DNA of 64,000 bases, taken from NCBI RefSeq assembly GCF_004010195.1, contig NC_057728.1, positions 51,608,552 to 51,672,551 of the forward strand, given 5' to 3'. Below the pieces are notes generated by a model that saw only the letters and a program-made list of their open reading frames with translations, made no database searches and had not been told where the DNA came from. Made by a program: the position numbers and the translations under genes. The stretch is from Chiloscyllium plagiosum. Lineage: Eukaryota. This document shows, one piece after another, positions 53,511 to 64,000 of this stretch (position 1 is its first letter; each line of letters opens with the position of its first letter).

Positions 53511-54090
53511 CTGGATTCTCGACTTCCTGACCAACAGACTGCAATCAGTAAGGTTCGGTGACAGCACCTCCTCCACTATAATCCTCAAGGCCAATCCTCA
53601 ATCCCCTGTAAAGCTGTGTACTCAGCCCTCTATTATACTCCTTATAGACACACACACAGACACACACACACGACTGGGTGACCAAATCTGCACCAACTCC
53701 ATTTACAGGTTTGCTGATAACACAACCATTGTAGCTTGGATCTCAAACAACGAGCAGAAAGAGAGTGAATTAAATCAAATGAGGTATAGGAGGAGAGGTA
53801 GACCATTTGGCCCATCAAGTTTGCTCTGCCTTTCAATGAGATTGTGGCTGATCTGATAATCCTCAAACCCACTTCCCTGACTTCTCCCAATTACCCTTAG
53901 GCCTTTCCTGTTGAAAATTCTGTCCAATGCAGCCTTGGAAATACCCAACAATCCACCCTCGACAGCCCTCTGTTGTAAAGAATTCCACAGATGCACTAAA
54001 CTCTGAAGAAATTTCTCCTCATCTTAGTCTTAAAATGAATCAGCTACTTATTCTGACATTTTGGCCTCTGGTTCTCGACTCTTCCACTAA

Positions 54091-54400
54091 GTGGCACGGT
54101 GGCACAGAGGTTAGCACTGCTGCCTCACAGCACCAGAGGCCTGGGTTCAATTCCCGACTCAGGCGACTGACTGTGTGGAGTTTGCACATTCTCCCCGTGT
54201 CTGCGTGGGTTTCCTCCGGGTGCTCTGGTTTCCTCCCACAGTCCAAAGGTGTGCAGGTCAGGTGAATTGGCTAAGCTAAATTGCCCATAGTGTTAGGTAA
54301 GGGGTAAATGTAGGGGTATGGGTGGGTTGCGCTTCGGCGGGTCGGTATGGACTTGTTGGGCCGAAGGGCCTGTTTCCACACTGTAATGTAATCTAATCTA
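54091..54400 (+). mobile_element. HE1 SINE, full length
   Basis: Near-identical to 1000-1300. Confidence 0.92.
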
Positions 54401-55914
54401 GGGTGAAACACCTTTTTGTATTTACTGTGTGAAGTTCCCTCAGAATATTATGTGTTTCAGTAAGGTCACTGCTCACTGTTCTGCTTCTAATGAGTACAGG
54501 CCTCATCTAAACATTTTCTCACAAGACAGTTACTTGTGGTGTTGGGAACAGATCAGGGGTAGGGCGGAGAAGGAATTTCACAGGAGATTTCATTGTGAGG
54601 TAACCTCAATATATTTGCGTCGTCTCTGCAGGGCATCCTCCCTCCTTTCGCCAATGTAGTAAGAGTCAGTTGGAAGATCCTGTGTGGGAATCAATGGAAA
54701 TAAAGACTTAATGACTGAAGTTCACGCTCCAAGACTGAACTCACCTCAAAACGTTGGCTGTCCAAGCATCTGTGTGCCTCAGGCCCCTCCCCAGAAAGTC
54801 AGGACTTGGGAGTTGATGTTCAGCCCAGCGATGATTGCCACAAACACCAACGATGGGAGCTACAGGGGAGTGGCAGCCAGGGGACCTGGGATAGTGGAGA
54901 ATCGCCAACATTCACCTTTCCTCATTATCCCACTGAAAGTGATTTTGTCCGTGGCCAATTGATATACTTGGGCCTGGGCTTTTCCCAATTATTTTAAACT
55001 GCTCCATGAGTTTCTTAACCATCTCTGGGTTAAAATCACATGCAATGGTTTCCAAAGAGGTGATTCATGCAGAACTGAAGTTTAACCTCCAGAAACATTG
55101 AACCATCTCAATTAGGAGTGTGTGGAGGCCACTAAGCCCCTGTTCCACTATTTAACAAGATTATGGCTGATCAGATTATGGCCCATTTCTGCTTACCTTT
55201 GATAACCTTTCACTTGCACACTTATCCAGAATCTATCCCTTGTCTTGCAAAATATTCAAAGACTGTCCTTCTATCACCTTTTAAGGGAGAGAATTCTAAA
55301 GACTCAGCCCTCTGTGAGAAAAGAATTCCCACCTTTGTCATAAATGGGTGATCCCGTATTTTTGAACAGTGGCCCCTAGTTCGAGACCACGCTGGAGTTG
55401 TTGGGGTGGGGTGAGGGCAGAAGAACCAAGAGATTAATCATTGGGCCAAAACAAAAAGCACTTTCTTTCAACACTTCATTAAAAGGGCAGAGTAGGGGGA
55501 AATAAAGGATCTTGGAAAAAACACTCAGGAACAATCCAGTAAAGAACATGTTTGCTTTCTAATAGGTTACAAGAAGGTATCATACTACAATGTCAGACAA
55601 CCAATTTGAGAGAGAGTAACAGCAGAGCAGTTGGCAGAAGACAGTCCACATGATGAAAACTCCAGTTCACTTCCCTGCTGCTGCCAGGGCTGGCAACTCT
55701 TTGTTACACACTGACCATGTCAATGCAATCATTACTTCAATAAAGCTTTGCCTTTTCACCAATCTTTTCTCACAATGTTCACCTCCTACACCAAATGGAC
55801 TGCAAACAATTCAACAAGGAGGCTCACTATCACCTCCTCCAGGACAAACAGGGAAGGGCAATCGATGCTTGCTTCACCTAGTGGTAGTCCCATAAGTGAG
55901 TAATGTTTTAATAA

Positions 55915-56115
55915 AGTGGACAGGCAGAAGGCTGGAAGAACACAGCAAGTCAGGCAGCATCAGAAGGTGCAGAAGTCAATGTTTCACGACACCCAAAATG
56001 TCGAAGGGTTACACCCGAAACTTTGACTTCTGCACCTCCTGATGCTGTCTGGCTTGCTGTGTTCTTCCAGCCTCCTGCCTATCTACTTTGGATTCCAGGA
56101 TCTGCTGGGTTTTTT
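55915..56115. mobile_element. Penelope-like inverted pLTR remnant
   Basis: Inverted arms aggctggaagaacacagcaag / cttgctgtgttcttccagcct. Confidence 0.7.
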
Positions 56116-56224
56116 TGTCTCTTAATAAAGGAAAAGCAGATGTTGGCAAATTAGAATTGAGGACAGGAAATGGTGGAAGAGGAAAGAAACTCATCAGGTC
56201 AGGCAGCCTATATGGATAGAGAGG

Positions 56225-56352
56225 TTCCTGAAGAAGGGCTTATGCCCGAAACGTCGATTCTCCTGTTCCCTGACTGCTGCCTGACCTGCTGCGCTTTTCC
56301 AGCAACACGTTTTCAGCTCTGATCTCCAGCATCTGCAGACCTCACTTTCTCC
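56225..56352 (+). mobile_element. Short Penelope pLTR insertion beginning at its hammerhead
   Basis: CTGAAGAAGGGCTTATGCCCGAAACGTC at 56228; 16-bp TSD cctatatggatagaga. Confidence 0.85.
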
Positions 56353-57004
56353 TCCTATATGGATAGAGAAACAGAGCTAATGGTCAGTGACCTTTCATCA
56401 GAACTGGGATAGGTTACAGATGGAGTGAGTGGGACAAGACAAAAGAGAGATATGCGAGAGAGAGAAAGAGACTGAATGAATGAAGAATTACTTTTACATG
56501 TGTTATGCTCCCAGATCACATTATTGCTCAACAAATCAGATCCCAGAGTGAAATCTGGCTTGGTAGATTGTACTTTTTAAAAAATATTTGGTCTTTAACA
56601 AGCATTTTGGTGATTTACTGAAACACAAACATGCAATGCTGCAGGTTCAGGTTTAACAATAAAACTGAAGCTTATGAAACAATTGGTTGATGCTCTTCCT
56701 ACATTAAGTAACTAGATTTCCAAAATATTTCATCAACTGTATTGAGAGATCAGGTGCTCCTGGAAGGTGCTGTACACATACCCTGCCTTTCTTTGTTAGA
56801 GCCGCCACAGTCCATGGATTGTAGATTTGCCTGTGATGACATTAGGGGTGGAATTCCCTGTTTCTGACTCAGGGATCAAAGGAACAGGGATAGGGGAGGA
56901 ATAGCAGATCCGGTCCTCACTAAGCAGCAATTATCAACTTCAAATGTGGAGCAAACACAGAAGCTGTACAAACCAACTGCAACGTAGAATCAGTACCCCT
57001 TACA

Positions 57005-57305
57005 ATATGGAAGCAGACTACTGTACTTTATTTACTGAGTCCACACAAACACCCAAACAGCATCCCACCTATATCCCAACCTCCATTTTATCCGTGACCC
57101 TGCAATTCGCATTGTTAACCAACCTAGCTTGCATCTCCCTGGATACAATGGGCAATTTAGCATGGCCAGTCCACCTAACTTGCACGTCTTTGGACAGTGG
57201 GAGGAAACCCCCCTGAAACAGGGAGAATGTACAAACTCCGCACAGGCAGTCGCCCCAGGGTGGAATCGAACTCAGGTCCCTATCGCTGTGAGCCACCGTG
57301 CCATC
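57005..57305 (-). mobile_element. Degenerate HE1 SINE
   Basis: gggcaatttagcatggcc...ttggacagtgggaggaaacc...gagccaccgtgcc. Confidence 0.75.
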
Positions 57306-57400
57306 CTAATTGGATCCTAAAATCATCAAGGGAACGGATAGGCTAGCAGAGTGGGCAGACAGTGGCAGATGGAGTTTAATACGTGGAGTATGAGATGATG

Positions 57401-57618
57401 CAGCTGAAAATGTGTTGCTGGAAAAGCGCAGTAGGTCAGGCAGCATCCAAGGAGCAGGAGAATCGACGTTTCGGGCATGAGCCCTTCTTCAGGAAGCCCT
57501 TCTTCTCATGCCCGAAACGTCGATTCCCCTGCTCCTTGGATGCTGCCTGACCTGCTGCCTTTTTCCAGCAACACATTTTCAGCTCTGATCTCCAGCATCT
57601 GCAGTCCTCACTTTCTCC
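57401..57618. mobile_element. Penelope inverted pLTR insertion
   Basis: Inverted arms; 14-bp TSD tatgagatgatgca. Confidence 0.85.
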
Positions 57619-58119
57619 TATGAGATGATGCATAAAGGACTATGCAGGGAAGAGGGATCAGAGGGTCCATGTGCATAAGTCTGAAGGCAGCAGCAGAAGT
57701 TAGTTAGTATTAAGGTCAGCCGTGATCTTATTGAATGGCAGAGCAGGATCGAAGGGCCAGACGGCCTGTTCCTGTTCCTAGTTCTTATTACAATGAGTCA
57801 ACAATTTGATACATGCTAGCATGTTTGATTAATTACATAGAAACCACAAGCCTGAAAGAGTCCATTCAGCTCAATGTTCATGTTTGTCCTTAACATGAGC
57901 AATATTTGGATCCAATGCACCTGCTTTGTTCCCATATCCACTTTCCTCAAACACCTTCTCTCAGAGTTTTGGGGTTGTACTGATAACGTCACTGATCCAT
58001 AATTCAAATCCCACCACAGCAGCTGGTGGAACTGAAAGCCAGTCATCAGTTGTTGTAAAAGACCATCTGGTTCACTAATGCCCTTTAGGGAGGGAAGTCT
58101 CCTGCCCTTACCCAATCTG

Positions 58120-58562
58120 GTCAAGGGTTTGAGCTTTCGGGGGATGCTGAATAAGTTGGGGCTGTTTTCCCTGGAGCGGCGGAGGCTGAGGGGTGACCTT
58201 ATAGAGGTTTATAAAATCATGAGGGGCATGGATAGGGAGAACAGTTAAGGTATTTTTTTCCTGGGCAGGAAAAAGTCCAAACCGAGAGGGGCTTAGGTTT
58301 AAGGTGAGAGGGGAAAGGACCTGAGGGGTAATGTTTCTCACGCAGAAGGTGGTGCATGTATGGAACAAGCTGCCAGAGGAAGTGGTGGAGACTGGTACAA
58401 TTACAACATTTAAAAGGCATCTGGATGGGTATATGATTAGGAAGAGTTTAGAGGGATATGGGCCAAATGCTGGCAAAAGTGGGGCGAGGTCAGTTTGGGA
58501 TGTCTGGTCAGCACAGACAAATTGGAACTAAGTATCTATTTCCATGCTGTAGGGATTCTATG
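58120..58562 (+). mobile_element. CR1 LINE 3' end
   Basis: VVHVWNKLPEEVVETGTITTFKRHLDGYM. Confidence 0.85.
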
Positions 58563-58569
58563 CAACTCC

Positions 58570-58760
58570 AGGAGATAGTGAGGACTGCAGATGCTGGAGA
58601 GTCAGAGTCGATAAAGTGTGGCGCTGGAAAAAGCACAGCAGGTCAGACAGCTGCCAAGGTATTCCTGATGAAGAGCTTATGCCTGAAACTTCAACTCTCC
58701 TGCTCCTCAGATGCTGCCTGACCTGCTGTGCTTTTTCCAGCACCACATTCCTGACTCTAT
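58570..58760. mobile_element. Penelope inverted pLTR remnant
   Basis: gctggaaaaagcacagcaggtcag / ctgacctgctgtgctttttccagc; core ctgatgaagagcttatgcctgaaac. Confidence 0.8.
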
Positions 58761-59689
58761 GTGACTCCAGATCCACAGACCCTTAACTGCCTTCTGAAAA
58801 TGGCCAAACAATTCATGGGCAATTAGGAATAGGCAGCAAATGCTGCCCTTGCCATCCATGCCTACAGCGTGTACAAGTAAAAATATGTTTTATTGTTCGC
58901 ATGGTTTTTGCATGAATCACAAAATCCAGCAGTGAGGTTATCTCAGCTACAGTTTGTTTCCAACTATTTGTATTTCCTGACATCAGGCAACACCCCAAAA
59001 AACCTGTGCCCTTTTTATAGGACAACATCCAAACTACACAGAATTTTCAAATGTGGTCTTATTAACTTTTGAGACACATCCACTGTTATAGTTTAAGCTT
59101 TACACTGTGTACTAACTGCCTAGTGCGGGATCTCAGGGACTGCTGTCTCTCAATCTCTGAATATAATCACTGACTCGCCTGCACTATGTATCGGTCATTC
59201 CCACGTGAAACTGAGAGATCATCCTTTCAAAGGTCTGTCAACTTGTTTTAAAAGCATCTGCACACTTTCTATAAAGCAGTCACGTGGTGCATTGGATGCA
59301 GTCCCTGACTCCATTCATGACATTGGGAAACAAATGCCAATTTGTCAATCGCACACCAGCGGCAGGTATTAAGGGAGGGAGAAATTCCGAGTCAACTACA
59401 TGTTGGATGGAAATTGGAAACTGCAGTAGTGGAGGCTATCATGTCATTATCCATAGCTCCAGGCCATAACATGAGAGGGAAGGTGGGTGTTGGAAAGACT
59501 GTAATACACAATGCAGTATGCACACAAGGTACACTCAGCAGTGGATACAAAAAAGCCAGTTCTCCAACACAGAGGGCAGATCACACAGAGTATAATTCAC
59601 TCTCATGGTATAACCCACCCTCTCACTCAAAATGTAACTCCCACAGTGTAATTCAGTATAAATCATTAAGTGACTGATTCACACAGTGT

Positions 59690-62600
59690 ACTTCACACAG
59701 ACACACGGGGTAATTTACTCTCAGTGAAACTCACACAGAAACACACAGGTAATTCACTCTCAGTGTAACTCACACACACAGACACACGGTGTAATTCACT
59801 CTCAGTGTAACTCACACACACAGACACACGGGGTAATTCACTCTCAGTGTAACTCACACACACAGACACACGGTGTAATTCACTCTCAGTGTAACTCACA
59901 CACAGGGTAATTCACTCTCAGTGTAACTCACACACAGACACACGTGGTAATTCACACTCCGTGTAACTCTCACACTGTATAATTCACTCTCAGTATAACT
60001 CACAAAGACACACGGTGTAATTCACTCTCAGTGTAACTCACACACAGGCTAATTCACTCTCAGTGTAACTCACACACAGACACACGGGGTAATTCACTCT
60101 CAGTGTAACTCACACACGGGGTAATTCACTCTCAGTGTAACTCACACGGGGTAATTCACTCTCAGTGTAACTCACACGGGGTAATTCACTATCAGTGTAA
60201 CTCACACACGGGGTAATTCACACACAATGTAACTCACACACAGGGTAATTCACTCTCATTGTAACTCACAACACAGTCACACAGAGTAATTCATTCTCAG
60301 AGTAACTTACACACAGACACATTGGGTAATTCACTCACAGACCCACAGGGTAATTCACTCTCAGTGTAACTCACACACAGACACACGGTGTAATTCACTC
60401 TCAGTGTAACTCACACACACAGACACACGGTGTAATTCACTCTCAGTGTAACTCACACACAGACACACGGGCTAATTCACTCTCAGTGTAACTCACACAC
60501 ACAGACACACGGTGTAATTCACTCTCAGTGTAACTCACACACAGACACACGTGGTAATTCACACTCCGTGTAACTCACACACTGTATAATTCACTCTCAG
60601 TATAACTCACACAGACACACGGTATAATTCACTCTCAGTATAACTCACACAGACACACGGTGTAATTCACACACAATGTAACTCACACACGGGGTAATTC
60701 ACACACAATGTAACTCACACACGGGGTAATTCACTCTCAGTGTAACTCACACACACAGACACACGGGGTAATTCACTCTCAGTGTAACTCACACACGGGG
60801 TAATTCACTCTCAGTGTAACTCACACACGGGGTAATTCACTCTCAGTGTAACTCACACACGGGGTAATTCACTCTCAGTGTAACTCACACACGGGGTAAT
60901 TCACTCTCAGTGTAACTCACACACGGGGTAATTCACTCTCAGTGTAACTCACACACGGGGTAATTCACTCTCAGTGTAACTCACACACGGGGTAATTCAC
61001 TCTCAGTGTAACTCACACACGGGGTAATTCACTCTCAGTGTAACTCACACACGGGGTAATTCACTCTCAGTGTAACTCACACACGGGGTAATTCACTCTC
61101 AGTGTAACTCACACACGGGGTAATTCACTCTCAGTGTAACTCACACACGGGGTAATTCACTCTCAGTGTAACTCACACACGGGGTAATTCACTCTCAGTG
61201 TAACTCACACACGGGGTAATTCACTCTCAGTGTAACTCACACACGGGGTAATTCACTCTCAGTGTAACTCACACACGGGGTAATTCACTCTCAGTGTAAC
61301 TCACACACGGGGTAATTCACTCTCAGTGTAACTCACACACGGGGTAATTCACTCTCAGTGTAACTCACACACAGGGTAATTCACTCTCAGTGTAACTCAC
61401 ACACAGGGTAATTCACTCTCAGTGTAACTCACACACAGGGTAATTCACTCTCAGTGTAACTCACACACAGGGTAATTCACTCTCAGTGTAACTCACACAC
61501 AGGGTAATTCACTCTCAGTGTAACTCACACACAGGGTAATTCACTCTCAGTGTAACTCACACACAGGGTAATTCACTCTCAGTGTAACTCACACACAGGG
61601 TAATTCACTCTCAGTGTAACTCACACACAGGGTAATTCACTCTCAGTGTAACTCACACACAGGGTAATTCACTCTCAGTGTAACTCACACACAGGGTAAT
61701 TCACTCTCAGTGTAACTCACACACAGGGTAATTCACTCTCAGTGTAACTCACACACAGGGTAATTCACTCTCAGTGTAACTCACACACAGGGTAATTCAC
61801 TCTCAGTGTAACTCACACACAGGGTAATTCACTCTCAGTGTAACTCACACACAGGGTAATTCACTCTCAGTGTAACTCACACACAGGGTAATTCACTCTC
61901 AGTGTAACTCACACACAGGGTAATTCACTCTCAGTGTAACTCACACACAGGGTAATTCACTCTCAGTGTAACTCACACACGGGGTAATTCACTCTCAGTG
62001 TAACTCACACACAGGGTAATTCACTCTCAGTGTAACTCACACACAGGGTAATTCACTCTCAGTGTAACTCACACACAGGGTAATTCACTCTCAGTGTAAC
62101 TCACACACAGGGTAATTCACTCTCAGTGTAACTCACACACAGGGTAATTCACTCTCAGTGTAACTCACACACAGGGTAATTCACTCTCAGTGTAACTCAC
62201 ACACAGGGTAATTCACTCTCAGTGTAACTCACACACAGGGTAATTCACTCTCAGTGTAACTCACACACAGGGTAATTCACTCTCAGTGTAACTCACACAC
62301 AGGGTAATTCACTCTCAGTGTAACTCACACACAGGGTAATTCACTCTCAGTGTAACTCACACACAGGGTAATTCACTCTCAGTGTAACTCACACACAGGG
62401 TAATTCACTCTCAGTGTAACTCACACACAGGGTAATTCACTCTCAGTGTAACTCACACACAGGGTAATTCACTCTCAGTGTAACTCACACACAGGGTAAT
62501 TCACTCTCAGTGTAACTCACACACAGGGTAATTCACTCTCAGTGTAACTCACACACAGGGTAATTCACTCTCAGTGTAACTCACACACAGGGTAATTCAC

Positions 62601-64000
62601 TCTCAGTGTAACTCACACACGGGGTAATTCACTCTCAGTGTAACTCACACACAGGGTAATTCACTCTCAGTGTAACTCACACACAGGGTAATTCACTCTC
62701 AGTGTAACTCACACACAGGGTAATTCACTCTCAGTGTAACTCACACACAGGGTAATTCACTCTCAGTGTAACTCACACACAGGGTAATTCACTCTCAGTG
62801 TAACTCACACACAGGGTAATTCACTCTCAGTGTAACTCACACACAGGGTAATTCACTCTCAGTGTAACTCACACACAGGGTAATTCACTCTCAGTGTAAC
62901 TCACACACAGGGTAATTCACTCTCAGTGTAACTCACACACAGGGTAATTCACTCTCAGTGTAACTCACACACAGGGTAATTCACTCTCAGTGTAACTCAC
63001 ACACAGGGTAATTCACTCTCAGTGTAACTCACACACAGGGTAATTCACTCTCAGTGTAACTCACACACAGGGTAATTCACTCTCAGTGTAACTCACACAC
63101 AGGGTAATTCACTCTCAGTGTAACTCACACACAGGGTAATTCACTCTCAGTGTAACTCACACACAGGGTAATTCACTCTCAGTGTAACTCACACACAGGG
63201 TAATTCACTCTCAGTGTAACTCACACACAGGGTAATTCACTCTCAGTGTAACTCACACACGGGGTAATTCACTCTCAGTGTAACTCACACACAGGGTAAT
63301 TCACTCTCAGTGTAACTCACACACAGGGTAATTCACTCTCAGTGTAACTCACACACAGGGTAATTCACTCTCAGTGTAACTCACACACAGGGTAATTCAC
63401 TCTCAGTGTAACTCACACACAGGGTAATTCACTCTCAGTGTAACTCACACACAGGGTAATTCACTCTCAGTGTAACTCACACACAGGGTAATTCACTCTC
63501 AGTGTAACTCACACACAGGGTAATTCACTCTCAGTGTAACTCACACACAGGGTAATTCACTCTCAGTGTAACTCACACACAGGGTAATTCACTCTCAGTG
63601 TAACTCACACACAGGGTAATTCACTCTCAGTGTAACTCACACACAGGGTAATTCACTCTCAGTGTAACTCACACACAGGGTAATTCACTCTCAGTGTAAC
63701 TCACACACAGGGTAATTCACTCTCAGTGTAACTCACACACAGGGTAATTCACTCTCAGTGTAACTCACACACAGGGTAATTCACTCTCAGTGTAACTCAC
63801 ACACAGGGTAATTCACTCTCAGTGTAACTCACACACAGGGTAATTCACTCTCAGTGTAACTCACACACAGGGTAATTCACTCTCAGTGTAACTCACACAC
63901 GGGGTAATTCACTCTCAGTGTAACTCACACACAGGGTAATTCACTCTCAGTGTAACTCACACACAGGGTAATTCACTCTCAGTGTAACTCACACACAGGG
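59690..64000. repeat. 32-bp satellite array (gggtaattcactctcagtgtaactcacacaca), runs off the window end
   Basis: Degenerate margin to ~60780, then a homogeneous array. Confidence 0.98.

Larger units (their letters stand above)
49615..53755 (+). mobile_element. Decayed Rex1/Babar-type LINE interrupted by CR1 and PLE insertions
   Basis: VAGDFNQ...HFGKSD (49625-49785) resumes as NAVFLLPAYKQK at ~52217. Further motifs: CADQLA, VPKK...LNDYRLVALTSIIMK, WILDFLTNR, RFADNTT. Confidence 0.75.

Noticed and set aside
59690..64000. CRISPR-like array
   Set aside because: Head-to-tail repeats with no unique spacers and no cas genes, in a eukaryotic context. The same applies to the 33-bp and 26-bp arrays.

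Overview
Vertebrate genomic DNA, almost certainly from an elasmobranch (shark): it carries HE1-type tRNA-derived SINEs with (AATCT)n tails, CR1 LINEs and abundant Penelope-like element (PLE) ends. Species cannot be determined from the sequence. There is one clear protein-coding gene, a minus-strand TMEM263-like gene. Its two coding exons (47513-47450 and 34005-33719) splice to an intact 116-aa protein. About 5.7 kb downstream lies an old tandem duplicate of its last exon, in which the Gly-rich 7-codon motif has expanded into a ~650-bp frameshifted minisatellite. Other notable items: an intron-containing tRNA-Pro(AGG)-like gene; more than a dozen minimal hammerhead ribozyme cores in PLE ends, many in hairpin-shaped insertions with target-site duplications; a 33-bp minisatellite that grew inside a Deu-type SINE; nested Rex1/CR1/PLE insertions; a TA-flanked Tigger-like MITE; a decayed Gypsy pol; a sequencing gap (8564-9455); and a 32-bp satellite array (from ~59.7 kb to the window end) with an exact 640-bp higher-order periodicity. 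All calls were made by eye without database searches, and repeat boundaries are approximate.
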